From a virus, in the IMG/VR virus record IMGVR_UViG_3300008267_000004, positions 32,001 to 96,000 of that record: a stretch of DNA of 64,000 nucleotides, one strand, 5' to 3'. Below the pieces are notes generated by a model. It made no database searches, was not told where the DNA came from, and saw only the letters and a program-made list of their open reading frames with translations. Each line of letters opens with the position of its first letter. Within the stretch, counting starts at the first letter, position 1. Below are positions 21,965 through 31,766 of this stretch, one piece after another. The position numbers were made by a program, and so were the translations under genes.

Positions 21965-22140
21965 TCTCCCGCTTGGTCTTCCGATAGTTTCATAGCAACA
22001 GGTGGATTTACAACAACTAACTCTCCATCTTCTAATTCTAGATCAAAACTTTTCATAAGTGGAACAATATCAGTTTGTTCCATTAGACTTTTTTGTAAAG
22101 CTACCATAACACATGTTAAAGCTTGGTCAGATAATTTCAT
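21961..22140 (-). CDS. Small hypothetical protein (59 aa, not in track)
   Basis: Translated by hand: MKLSDQALTCVMVALQKSLMEQTDIVPLMKSFDL...; fills the gap exactly. Confidence 0.75.
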   Translation of the reverse strand: MKLSDQALTCVMVALQKSLMEQTDIVPLMKSFDLELEDGELVVVNPPVAMKLSEDQAGE

Positions 22141-22141
22141 T

Positions 22142-23086
22142 TTATACTCCTCTTATATTTGGATAATTTTTTTTAAACCAGTCACAAGTCTTCTTTATCC
22201 CTACTTCTAAACTTGTATACGTTTCTTCTTTCCATCCTAAATCTAGAAATTTTTTATTAGAAGTTGGTTTACGAATTTGTCCTTTTGGTTTTTTATTATC
22301 ATACGTTATATCACCATTATATTCTAATTCTTTAGAAATTAAAGTAATAACATCTTTTAATTTGTATTCTTTAGTAGATCCAATATTTACTGGATCTCCG
22401 GTATAATTATTATCTAATAAGAATTTTATCGCTTTAGCAATATCTTCAGCATAAGTAAACTCACGATAAACTTCACCATCACCCCAAACTTCAAACGATG
22501 GTTTATTATTAATTTTTGCCTCCCAGATTTTACGGATTAAAGATGGGATAACATGACCATTCTCAAGATCAAAATTATCATGTTCTCCATACATGTTGTT
22601 TGGAATAACTGATATATATTCTGTACTGTATTGTTGATTTGCTGCTTTTAATTGAACATCAACCATACGTTTTGCATAAGCATATCCAAAATTTGAATCA
22701 TGTGGAGGGCCATTATGAAGCTGATCTTCAGTTAGTGGATAATTTACATATTTTTCGTCTGGGTATATACACGTTGATAGACAACAAATTAACTTTGGGA
22801 CATCTGTAAATATACAAGATTGAATAATGTTGTTATTTATCTCAGAGTTTGTGTTATAAAAATCAGAAATATAGCGAGTATTTGCTTTTACTCCTCCAAC
22901 CTTTCCTGCTAAATGTATTACTGCTTTTATTTTTGATTCGGAGAATTCATTAAAATTATCAAAATATCGATGAGTATCATCATAGTTTTCTAAGTTTAAT
23001 TCTTTATGTGTTGGATAGAGAGCATCCGGTAATATTTTTTTAAATGCACTTCCAAGTAATCCAGAGCCGCCAGTTATAATAATCAT
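22142..23086 (-). CDS. fcl: GDP-L-fucose synthase (epimerase/reductase)
   Basis: TGGSGLLG, HLAGKVGGV, LSTCIYP, YAYAKR, PNNMYG, WGDGEVYREF. Confidence 0.9.
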   Translation of the reverse strand: MIIITGGSGLLGSAFKKILPDALYPTHKELNLENYDDTHRYFDNFNEFSESKIKAVIHLAGKVGGVKANTRYISDFYNTNSEINNNIIQSCIFTDVPKLICCLSTCIYPDEKYVNYPLTEDQLHNGPPHDSNFGYAYAKRMVDVQLKAANQQYSTEYISVIPNNMYGEHDNFDLENGHVIPSLIRKIWEAKINNKPSFEVWGDGEVYREFTYAEDIAKAIKFLLDNNYTGDPVNIGSTKEYKLKDVITLISKELEYNGDITYDNKKPKGQIRKPTSNKKFLDLGWKEETYTSLEVGIKKTCDWFKKNYPNIRGV

Positions 23087-23095
23087 ATAATTCCT

Positions 23096-23509
23096 CTAAT
23101 ATAATTCAGGAAAATCGGTACATACCCCTAATATATTTTTAGGTAGGTTTTTGTTGTGTCCAAATTCTACCGTAATCCCATCTTGTATATAAACACCAGG
23201 AAAACACCATAAATAATTTTTACTAGTTAAAGTAATTTTATCATTTTCATGCCAAAACCAATTTAACTCAGTATTTTTCAGTCTGATACAAGCATCAAAA
23301 TTTTTAGCATGTAGCCACATTTTATTGCTAAAGAAAAAATTTGTTACTTCGTATGTTGGTAAATCGTGTCCTAAAAACCATTTATTATTTACATACCAAA
23401 CATCTACTTCAACTTCAAATTTTTTTATTACTTCTAAGATCCTATCTGGATTGTTTTCCAGATTTCTTTCTATGCCATTTAAATTTCCTCTATGTGATAT
23501 AATTTTCAT
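23096..23509 (-). CDS. Short glycerophosphodiester phosphodiesterase-like protein
   Basis: IISHRGN..EVEVDVW..LGHD..WLHAKN. Confidence 0.7.
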   Translation of the reverse strand: MKIISHRGNLNGIERNLENNPDRILEVIKKFEVEVDVWYVNNKWFLGHDLPTYEVTNFFFSNKMWLHAKNFDACIRLKNTELNWFWHENDKITLTSKNYLWCFPGVYIQDGITVEFGHNKNLPKNILGVCTDFPELY

Positions 23510-24275
23510 CAGAAATTCTTTCTTTGTATTGTTCTTCTGTTAAATAACATGATAAATATTCTGGTTGATTAATCCATTTTCCAATATTTATAATACCTGC
23601 AGTGCTTTTTGTATCTATAACCTTATAGTTGTTTAATATATATTTCCACGAATCTCTTGTCAGAGTTATGTAGTCTTCTAGGGTTAAATCCTTGTAGATA
23701 TATTTTTTTATCAGATTAAAAGATAATATATGTTCAGTTCCAAAAAAAGAATTAGAAAAGTCTGTTTTCTCTAAGTCATCATATACATCACAAATTTTTT
23801 TAATATCTTCTTTCATGCCTAAATAAAACCAATCAGAAATTCTAAACCAAGGTTTTGGTTCTGATGTGGAGTCTGGGTTTATGGTCATCATATTACTGAC
23901 CACTACTTTACTATCAAAGATTTTATATTCTCCAAATGCTTTTTCAAAATTAAAATAACTAAAAATATTTTTAGTTACCAAACAATCATTTCTTATCTTG
24001 AATATAAGATCATTTGAACTTTCTTCTAGTGCTTTTTTAAGCCCATATAACTGTCTTTTTAGATTGCAATGTTGTTGTACAGGCAATAAACCATTAAAAG
24101 GCCCAGGTCCGGGATCTTTACAAAATAATATTTTATCATATCCGCTTAAATTATTATTTTGTCCTTCCCAAGTTGATATTATTAATTCTCCATCAAACCA
24201 TTCCCTTATTTGGTTTATGGATCTCTGCACCATATTATTTTGTATTTCGCCTTGAATTATTACTGTTTTTTCCAT
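23490..24275 (-). CDS. WavE-like polysaccharide synthesis protein
   Basis: TVIIQG..IISTW..KIRND..SDWFYLG; start moved to MEKTV at 24275. Confidence 0.6.
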   Translation of the reverse strand: MEKTVIIQGEIQNNMVQRSINQIREWFDGELIISTWEGQNNNLSGYDKILFCKDPGPGPFNGLLPVQQHCNLKRQLYGLKKALEESSNDLIFKIRNDCLVTKNIFSYFNFEKAFGEYKIFDSKVVVSNMMTINPDSTSEPKPWFRISDWFYLGMKEDIKKICDVYDDLEKTDFSNSFFGTEHILSFNLIKKYIYKDLTLEDYITLTRDSWKYILNNYKVIDTKSTAGIINIGKWINQPEYLSCYLTEEQYKERISDENYIT

Positions 24276-24868
24276 ACAAAAGAAATTCCATGATCTGTTA
24301 AACATTCTTTCTGAACTACCCAATCAAAATTTAAATTTTGGACAAACAGTTTTGGTCCTGGATGGTTGTTCGTATCGTGAAATCCAACAATTCCATATTC
24401 GGATAATAAGTTTGTAAATTCCCACTCTGCATATACTTGATTTATACTATGCCAACCATCTATAAAAATAAAATCTATTTCCTCAACTCCTTTAGATTTT
24501 ATGAATTCTAATATTTCAGAATAATTTTCAGATTTTGTTTGAAGAGTATAAACATTATTCTCTTCGTCATTCAAAAATGAACAATCTCTGATATCTACTC
24601 CAATATATACACAGTCTTTGTTTTTGTTTTTTACAAGTGTATATGAACTACCAAATTCACTTCTAGCAATTCCTATCTCTAAAATAGCTCTACATCTATC
24701 TTTAACTGTTAAAAAATATTTTTTTAAGCTTTCATGATTGCATGGAGTAAATTCACCATTTTGTCCATCATAATATACATCAGTTGTTTCACTTAGAGGA
24801 AGATCTGAATCATCTCTTGAATCATTAAATCTTATGTCTCTTAATAAATCAGATTGCCATTTTTTCAT
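24260..24868 (-). CDS. Class I SAM-dependent methyltransferase
   Basis: ILEIGIA..GVDI..IDFIFIDGWHS..GIVGFHD. Confidence 0.8.
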   Translation of the reverse strand: MKKWQSDLLRDIRFNDSRDDSDLPLSETTDVYYDGQNGEFTPCNHESLKKYFLTVKDRCRAILEIGIARSEFGSSYTLVKNKNKDCVYIGVDIRDCSFLNDEENNVYTLQTKSENYSEILEFIKSKGVEEIDFIFIDGWHSINQVYAEWEFTNLLSEYGIVGFHDTNNHPGPKLFVQNLNFDWVVQKECLTDHGISFVWKKQ

Positions 24869-26061
24869 TATTTTACCAATCCCCATTTTTCTATAGCTAT
24901 ATTATATTCAGATTTATAATTTTTATCAATTGACTGTCTCATTGCCATAGCACCAGAAATTGTACCATTAGGATGACCATGGACAGCACCACCCGCATTT
25001 GCTAGATAGTCAATACCAACTTTTGAAGTTACATACTCCACTAACCCTGGGTGCATACCACAACTTAATGCTGGGAGTGTGTTTCCATTTCTTAAAGTTG
25101 AGATACATTCTAAAATTTCTTCTGGATCGTCATTACTATATCCACCAATCATACCAGTTTGGATGGTATCAACGCCCATTAAAGTAGCTAAATAACACAT
25201 AACCTTCCAAGAAATACTGTATTTATGATCTTTCTCTGTAAAAACTTTTGCGCCGCTACTCTGATAGTGTAAAAATAAAGGTAGATTTAATTTTCTTATG
25301 CTATTATAAGAACCTAAGCCGCTAAACACGTTAATATGTACACCATTTCCTCCTAATTCATATACTCTTTTTACTCTATCTACAAGAATATGTGGATCAC
25401 AATTTATGGTGTGACAGAAAACAACTTTACGGTTTTGGCTTGCTAGATAATTTGAAACAATCTCTACTCTTTTTTCAAGAGGAGCCACCACTGGGTTGCT
25501 CATGATTTCATCTTCTTTGATAAAGTCGGCACCACCATCAACCATTTGTTTTACCATTTCTAGTAAAATATATGGAGTTACTCCAATTTTTGGCTTAACA
25601 ATACTTCCGAACAGGGGTTTATTATATTGTCCTGTAAAATTCCTAAATCCACTGATTCCAAATTTTGGACCTAAAAAATTGTCTGTAACAGATTTAGGTA
25701 ATTTTAAATCAATTAATCTACATCTTTCAACTATATCTATATCAACATGACCACCCATTAATTGGCATATCATGTGAGAAATTCCATCAGATTGCCAGTC
25801 ATTGTTTGCAACAGGAAATGCAATATTTACTTCACCTTCAGTTTTTTCGCTCAATTCTGATTCTGAATGTAAAATAAGGCAAGAATGATTTTGAAACAAT
25901 TCTTCAGTTTCCCATTCGTTTCTAACATTTGGATTGCCAACGCTTTGTCCGATTGCTAAATTCCAAGCAGCATCCTTTAAATTAGTTTTTGACTTAATTT
26001 TATATTTTGCTATATAATATTTCTCGTAATCCAACTCACTAGTAAAAATATTAAATTTCAT
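24868..26061 (-). CDS. RuBisCO-like protein (form IV)
   Basis: IVKPKIG (K175/K177), GGADFIKEDE (K201/D203/E204), GGAVHGHP. Equivalents of E60, N123, H294, R295, H327 and K334 appear substituted. Confidence 0.9.
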   Translation of the reverse strand: MKFNIFTSELDYEKYYIAKYKIKSKTNLKDAAWNLAIGQSVGNPNVRNEWETEELFQNHSCLILHSESELSEKTEGEVNIAFPVANNDWQSDGISHMICQLMGGHVDIDIVERCRLIDLKLPKSVTDNFLGPKFGISGFRNFTGQYNKPLFGSIVKPKIGVTPYILLEMVKQMVDGGADFIKEDEIMSNPVVAPLEKRVEIVSNYLASQNRKVVFCHTINCDPHILVDRVKRVYELGGNGVHINVFSGLGSYNSIRKLNLPLFLHYQSSGAKVFTEKDHKYSISWKVMCYLATLMGVDTIQTGMIGGYSNDDPEEILECISTLRNGNTLPALSCGMHPGLVEYVTSKVGIDYLANAGGAVHGHPNGTISGAMAMRQSIDKNYKSEYNIAIEKWGLVK

Positions 26062-26068
26062 ATTTTCC

Positions 26069-26959
26069 TCATAATTGTAAAATATTTTTTACAATTTCAT
26101 AATATTTTTCGAAGCATTTTTCGGGAGTGTGAAACTTTGTGTAAGATTCATACGCAGCTTCTCCATAGTCAATATATCTCTTATTTTCCATTGTGTAAAG
26201 TATTTTTTCTTTTAAATCCTGAAAATCATCTCTTATTTCTATATAACTATCGAATAGTATACCATCTTTTGATGTAGATTTTAGTTTTAATTTTGGCATT
26301 ATTATAGCGCATTTTGTACTTGCCAATTCCCAAGTTCTTTTAGAGTCATAAGAATTACCAAAATAATTTAGTCCTATTTTTGAAGAATTTATAACTTCTG
26401 TATATTTTTTAGTAATTTTATCAGCTACACCTACATGATCATCAACATCAATATGCCAGTTCATATTTTTTAACTCATTCACTGATAGTTGCTTAATGTG
26501 CTCAACAAACGGTTTCCTTCTTCCAGAAGTCATTCTTCCTATAAAAGATAAATCGATCTCTTTTAATTGAAATCTTTGATCATATTTTGTAGCAACAGGA
26601 AAATGAAATCCATATACAGGGCTTTTCCATGGATTTTTTGAATTATCTGTCAACTCTCTATGCATTATTAAGTCTGGTTTTCTATTGCTCCAAATTTGTA
26701 TATCTTCAAAGTCGGTATCATCGTGTTGAATAAGATTAGAGAATCTATAATATGTATCTATTATTTTATTAGTTATTGGTATAGTATTCCACTCATGAAG
26801 ATATAAAACAATATTTTGATAATCATGTACTGGCTTAAAATCTGCTAGGTTTGTTTCATATACATAATCACACTTATAGCCTAATTCTTCAAATTTTTTG
26901 AAATAAAAATTTGCATTATCAACCCAAGAATAAGAAAAAAATAAAAAATCTTTAGTCAT
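26069..26959 (-). CDS. Glycosyltransferase-like protein (CgeB-type C-terminus)
   Basis: DLSFIG..INSSKIGLNY..KRTWELAS. Confidence 0.6.
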   Translation of the reverse strand: MTKDFLFFSYSWVDNANFYFKKFEELGYKCDYVYETNLADFKPVHDYQNIVLYLHEWNTIPITNKIIDTYYRFSNLIQHDDTDFEDIQIWSNRKPDLIMHRELTDNSKNPWKSPVYGFHFPVATKYDQRFQLKEIDLSFIGRMTSGRRKPFVEHIKQLSVNELKNMNWHIDVDDHVGVADKITKKYTEVINSSKIGLNYFGNSYDSKRTWELASTKCAIIMPKLKLKSTSKDGILFDSYIEIRDDFQDLKEKILYTMENKRYIDYGEAAYESYTKFHTPEKCFEKYYEIVKNILQL

Positions 26960-27280
26960 TTATACCTCATATTTATCATTTGGAACAGAAGCTGTTTTTA
27001 CAACAACTATTTTGCAATCTTCTAAAAATTCAGGATCTGCTATTTCTAGCGGTTCAAGAATAAAAATATCACCTGGGTTGATTTCTTTTCCGCATATTAC
27101 CATCTTACCAGAAATTAAGCAGTTAATTTCTGTAGCAATTTTATGATAATGTTTAGGCCACTTTTCACCTTTTTTATGAATAAGTATTCCAACTTCAAAG
27201 AGGTCAGTTTTATAAACGCTCGGATTGAAATTTCCTACCATCCAACCTCTCCACATATTATTTATATTATCTATTTTCAT
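26960..27280 (-). CDS. Cupin-fold protein
   Basis: GWMVGNFNP..KHYHKIATEIN..INPGDIF. Confidence 0.75.
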   Translation of the reverse strand: MKIDNINNMWRGWMVGNFNPSVYKTDLFEVGILIHKKGEKWPKHYHKIATEINCLISGKMVICGKEINPGDIFILEPLEIADPEFLEDCKIVVVKTASVPNDKYEV

Positions 27281-28017
27281 CTCTTAAGCCTATATTCTAA
27301 ATCATATCTTAAATTATTATCTATTGTTAAAGGTATTTTTAGATCATTATTTTTTAAAGTATATTCAAGCATGGTTTCTGCAGAAAAATTATTATATTTT
27401 TTAAAATTTTCAATACTCAAAGCATAGATATTTTTCATAATATCAAAAGCTTCAGGTTTTATATATACGATATAGTCTCTTATATTGTAATAATTTTCTA
27501 CTCCATAAGAATCTCCAACGACAATTTTTTCATCCACAAAATTAAATGGCTTTAATAAATCAATATCAAATCGACTTCTGATAAGAAAATCATATTTTTC
27601 ATAGTTTTTTATAGATTTAAAACCCTCAGACACAGCATACCATTGCGAAGTTAATCTATTTACTGCCTCTTCTGGTACATTTCCACCTTGATATGTTTTG
27701 TATTGACTATTTTCCGTATTCCAAGTTCCATATTTGGTAGGATGTATTTCTATATTTTTTTTATTGTATTCAAAAAAACCCCTAGATTCATTTATTACTA
27801 TCACCTTAGTCCAAGGAGAATAAACAGATAATAATTTTTTCATAGACTCTTCAGAGTGATAAAAATCAGTAAGATGATCCGTATTATTCCAGGTGGAGAT
27901 GTATATATCACAATCATATAAATCTAATAAATTTTTCTTTAAATTAAGAAATGTATCCATATATGTTCTTAAATGACCGCTTAGTACTAATGCTATTTTT
28001 TTATTTTCTGTTTTCAT
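27277..28017 (-). CDS. Glycan-locus protein (GT/WavE-like)
   Basis: KIALVLSGHLR..DIYISTW..YDFLIRSRFD. Confidence 0.55.
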   Translation of the reverse strand: MKTENKKIALVLSGHLRTYMDTFLNLKKNLLDLYDCDIYISTWNNTDHLTDFYHSEESMKKLLSVYSPWTKVIVINESRGFFEYNKKNIEIHPTKYGTWNTENSQYKTYQGGNVPEEAVNRLTSQWYAVSEGFKSIKNYEKYDFLIRSRFDIDLLKPFNFVDEKIVVGDSYGVENYYNIRDYIVYIKPEAFDIMKNIYALSIENFKKYNNFSAETMLEYTLKNNDLKIPLTIDNNLRYDLEYRLKR

Positions 28018-28729
28018 AAATTTTTATGTCCTCCGGCGTTCCTAAAGAATAAAATTCACCCTTATTGAGAGAGTGATAACCTATGTTCATACCTTTTTTT
28101 ATTAAATAATTATATGTTTTAGATACATAAAATTCATTATTAACTCTATCATTGTTTTTTAACAATTCCACCGCAGAGTTTACAAAATAGCTTCCTTTTC
28201 TCCAATAATGAATACCGCATAAAGCCAAATTAGAAATAGCAGTTTTTTCATCTAACAGTAGACCTAAATTATTTTCATCTGTTTTTATAAAACTATAAGG
28301 ACTCTTTTCTCCCACTATTATATTATCATAAGGATAAGTAGCAACACAGCCATCGAGATTTTTTCTTCGACATGAATTTAAAAATAAGTTACTATCCCAG
28401 ATAGTTCTTTGATCACAATTTGTAGTGATAAGTTCTGTATCATTATCTATAAATTCTTTTGCTAATAATATAGAGCTTACTGTACCATCAGTTAAATAAT
28501 CAATTTCAATAATTATAGAGTCGGGCTTAGTATTATATAATACATCTTTTAGCTTATCAGAAAAGTTACTTTTTCTAATTACAAATATATATTGTCCTTC
28601 TATTCCTAGACTATCTATAGCGTGTTGAACTATTGTTTTTTCCTCTATTTTAATTAATGGTTTTGGATCTAAATATCCCGCATCAAAAAATCTCTTCCCA
28701 AGACCAACCATCGGTATAACTATATTCAT
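28001..28729 (-). CDS. Sugar-phosphate nucleotidyltransferase
   Basis: IVIPMVGLGKRF..GY..PKPLI..NCD..NNEFYV. Confidence 0.85.
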   Translation of the reverse strand: MNIVIPMVGLGKRFFDAGYLDPKPLIKIEEKTIVQHAIDSLGIEGQYIFVIRKSNFSDKLKDVLYNTKPDSIIIEIDYLTDGTVSSILLAKEFIDNDTELITTNCDQRTIWDSNLFLNSCRRKNLDGCVATYPYDNIIVGEKSPYSFIKTDENNLGLLLDEKTAISNLALCGIHYWRKGSYFVNSAVELLKNNDRVNNEFYVSKTYNYLIKKGMNIGYHSLNKGEFYSLGTPEDIKIYENRK

Positions 28730-29334
28730 ATGTATTCCTTCATAAGGTCTATATTAACCTGTTTAGCATTATCGACTTTTATTATAAAAGCGCCGGCACC
28801 AGAAGCTGCTTCAATTCCTTTTGGAGAATCTTCCACTATTATAGTTTCGTTTGGAGAGACATTAAAAAAATTAATACAATTTATATAACCTTCTGGGTTT
28901 GGTTTTGGAGAATTAACGTCTTGATTTGTGATCAGTTTATCTAACGAGGATAAAACACCTGCTTTTTTCAGGATCAATTCGGCAGTTTTTCTTATGCTAT
29001 TAGTATAGCAAGCAATTTTAATATTTTTATCTTTTAAGTATTTTAATAGTTCTACTTTAGAAGAATCATACGCGCAAAGATCATTTATTAATTTTATAGT
29101 ATTTTCTTGTTTTAGTGATTCTATGGTATCAAATAAATTTTCTGTGACCATCCCTTTATCTTTTAATTTTTTTAATTTTATTTTTGTCGGTAAACCATTA
29201 TATTCTTTATAGTGTTCTTCCAGGGATAGCTCATAATTACAAACATTCTTAAGTGCTAAATTAAAAGCTATTCTATGCCAATCACATGCGTCTACTAAAA
29301 CGCCGTCCATATCAAAGATAACTAATTTAATCAC
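28726..29334 (-). CDS. HAD-family phosphatase/phosphomutase
   Basis: FDMDGVL, TNS, KPNP, VEDS..G. Confidence 0.85.
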   Translation of the reverse strand: MIKLVIFDMDGVLVDACDWHRIAFNLALKNVCNYELSLEEHYKEYNGLPTKIKLKKLKDKGMVTENLFDTIESLKQENTIKLINDLCAYDSSKVELLKYLKDKNIKIACYTNSIRKTAELILKKAGVLSSLDKLITNQDVNSPKPNPEGYINCINFFNVSPNETIIVEDSPKGIEAASGAGAFIIKVDNAKQVNIDLMKEYI

Positions 29335-29686
29335 CTTTTTCTATCCTTATGCTATCCTCATCAAAATGTTGAGTAGAAAATTCAAATAGTTCTGTATCTT
29401 GTAAAGCAACCATTTGATGTCTTAGGCCCGTTTTTACATGAAAACTATCGCCTTTTTCTAAAATAATAGTATTTGCATTTAAAATATTGTCATCATCCCC
29501 ATAAAAAACTTTTAATTTTCCACTTTGAATATAAAAAACTTCATCTTTTACTTTATGATAATGCCAAGAGCATTTTTTTCCTTTTATAAAATAAAGTAAC
29601 TTACCGCAATATTTGTTATTATTTGTAATCCATTTTTCAAATCCCCATCCTTTGGGAACAAAAATTTGCTCAGAAGAAGTCAACAT
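29327..29686 (-). CDS. Cupin, mannose-6-phosphate isomerase/lyxose isomerase-like
   Basis: VPKGWGFEKW..CSWHYHKVKDE..GLRHQM. Confidence 0.75.
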   Translation of the reverse strand: MLTSSEQIFVPKGWGFEKWITNNNKYCGKLLYFIKGKKCSWHYHKVKDEVFYIQSGKLKVFYGDDDNILNANTIILEKGDSFHVKTGLRHQMVALQDTELFEFSTQHFDEDSIRIEKGD

Positions 29687-29999
29687 CTTTAAACCCCTTA
29701 TCATCTACGTAGAAATCGGCGGCTGGCTTACCTAGCTTTAGGTAGCTAAATTTCAAACCCCAACTTTTCAATTGTTCAAGAGTAAAATAAAAAAATCTTT
29801 CATTAGCCCTATCAACATCTCCATTATATCTATCCATTCCTCTAGCTGTATACATCACTATCCTATGACCCTCATCGTAAAGTTTGTTAATTTTTTCAAT
29901 CCTATCTACAAAGGGTTTTGCGTCTTCGTACTTTCCATTTGTTAAAGTACATATTGTTCCATCTATATCAAAAACGTAAGTCATTTTTAACATCCTCAA
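29670..29999 (-). CDS. Short HAD phosphatase of capsule-locus type
   Basis: FDIDGTIC..YTARG..KPAADFYVDDK. Confidence 0.8.
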   Translation of the reverse strand: MRMLKMTYVFDIDGTICTLTNGKYEDAKPFVDRIEKINKLYDEGHRIVMYTARGMDRYNGDVDRANERFFYFTLEQLKSWGLKFSYLKLGKPAADFYVDDKGFKDVDFF

Positions 30000-30741
30000 A
30001 GTTTATAATTGCAGTCCCAGATTTACTAACAACACTGGAGGCGCATAGATTGGCAAATATTATAGCCTCTGATATAGAATTAGTTAATAAATATTGCACA
30101 CAAAGAGCTGCTATAAAAGTATCCCCAGCTCCACTAACATCAAATACGTCTACCTTTTTACTAGGATATATATTCCCATTATATAAAGCGCCTTTTTCTC
30201 CCATGGTAACTATTAATCTATTTTTTTGAGGAAGGGATTTAGATCTATTGTATTCATCTTGATTTATTTTTACAAATACATTTTCACGATCAAAAATTTG
30301 TAAATCCGGCTTTTTTGAATCAACGAAAATGGGACCACTAAAGTTGAATAAGGATCTTATATTGTTTTCATTTATAGATCCTTTATTATAGTCAGATACT
30401 ATAATTGCATGATATTTATCTAATTTTTCTTTAGGAATTTTAATTTCTTCAGATTGTTTTTCATAGTCTACTCTTAATAGGTGCTGCTTTGACTTGCTAT
30501 CAATATATCTTTCTTTAATCGTATCCATGTTAGAAACAATTAAATGCGCCTGTACATTTAACGCTAACAAGTTTTTATAAACGTTTCCAGACATACCTTC
30601 TGTTTTTATCTCTCTCTCAAAACAAAACACTGGGACAGGTGCTTCCGGGCTTAGTCTTTCACATTTTCCATACTTAAATACATCTTGACAATAATCACCT
30701 ATTACCAATATTTTTAATAATGTTAGTTGTTGAATATCCAT
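29968..30741 (-). CDS. rfaE1: HldE-like heptose-7-phosphate kinase domain (PfkB family)
   Basis: RLSPEAPVPV, IVSDYNKG, DVSGAGDTF. Confidence 0.85.
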   Translation of the reverse strand: MDIQQLTLLKILVIGDYCQDVFKYGKCERLSPEAPVPVFCFEREIKTEGMSGNVYKNLLALNVQAHLIVSNMDTIKERYIDSKSKQHLLRVDYEKQSEEIKIPKEKLDKYHAIIVSDYNKGSINENNIRSLFNFSGPIFVDSKKPDLQIFDRENVFVKINQDEYNRSKSLPQKNRLIVTMGEKGALYNGNIYPSKKVDVFDVSGAGDTFIAALCVQYLLTNSISEAIIFANLCASSVVSKSGTAIINFEDVKNDLRF

Positions 30742-31090
30742 TTATATATTTAAAAATTACAACTTCAGCTAGGTCATTTCCTACAACCTCTTCTTTAGTG
30801 TAATCTCCACCTTTCACTATAATATGTGGTTTTATTTTTTGTAAAAGTTTATACGGTGTATCTTCTTCAAAAATTATAACCTGGTCTACAAATCTAATAC
30901 ATTCTAAAATATATTTTCTATCTTTTTCTTTATTTATGGGTCTAGTCTCACCCTTTAATCTTTTAATACTATCATCGCTATTTAGGCCGACTATTAGATA
31001 ATCTCCTAAGCTTTTAGCGTATTCTAATAATCTTATATGCCCAGTATGTATTATATCAAAACATCCATTTGTAAAGATAATTTTACTCAT
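30695..31090 (-). CDS. rfaE2: HldE-like heptose-1-phosphate adenylyltransferase domain
   Basis: FTNGCFDIIHTGH, VGLNSD, KGGDY, YSTT. Confidence 0.9.
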   Translation of the reverse strand: MSKIIFTNGCFDIIHTGHIRLLEYAKSLGDYLIVGLNSDDSIKRLKGETRPINKEKDRKYILECIRFVDQVIIFEEDTPYKLLQKIKPHIIVKGGDYTKEEVVGNDLAEVVIFKYINGYSTTNIIKNIGNR

Positions 31091-31766
31091 TTAATATTAC
31101 CCAATTATTTTTATAATATGGATTTGCATTATTTTTTCTTATATATCTATGTATAAACTTTGGCTTATCTTTTAATTCTGGGATATGATCAATCATGGCC
31201 GCAAAAGAACTATCCATACAATGTATTTCTTCGCTATCCTCTATCAATTTAATATAATCAAAAATACTATTTTGTGAATCTTTTCCGAGTATATGATTTG
31301 GCCGGTATATTTTATGTTTAAAATTATTTTTTATAACAAGACCTCTGCTGATATCATCGTGAACAAATATATATTTATGCCCTATTTCAGATCTAAGTAA
31401 GTTTTCTTTTTCTTTATCTCTATTAATATAAAAACTTTCCCATCTTTTTTCATAATCAATATTACTTTGTCTATAAAATGCTTTACAAAAATCCTCATTT
31501 CGTAATATAAAATTAGGCTGTTCAAAACATCCAATTTTTATTGGTAGGAATACTCTCTGATATTTTTTTATCATATCATTATCATCGTCTACTGGGAGGA
31601 TAGTTATATCCTCTAGATCTTTGAACATTGCCTTGACGTTTAACAAATTATGTTTTTTAACGGGATACACGATAGTATCATATGTTTTTAATAATTCTCT
31701 TGTCATACCATTACAAATTATGTGATCACCTAATCCAAGGTGATGAAATAAATAACCATTTTTCAT
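31083..31766 (-). CDS. Glycan-locus hypothetical protein (GT-like)
   Basis: HHLGLGDHIICNG..IHCMDSSF. Confidence 0.55.
   Translation of the reverse strand: MKNGYLFHHLGLGDHIICNGMTRELLKTYDTIVYPVKKHNLLNVKAMFKDLEDITILPVDDDNDMIKKYQRVFLPIKIGCFEQPNFILRNEDFCKAFYRQSNIDYEKRWESFYINRDKEKENLLRSEIGHKYIFVHDDISRGLVIKNNFKHKIYRPNHILGKDSQNSIFDYIKLIEDSEEIHCMDSSFAAMIDHIPELKDKPKFIHRYIRKNNANPYYKNNWVILNE

Noticed and set aside
24868-26061. A true CO2-fixing RuBisCO
   Set aside because: Equivalents of loop-6 K334, H294, R295, H327, N123 and E60 appear substituted; no small subunit or PRK gene is in the window.
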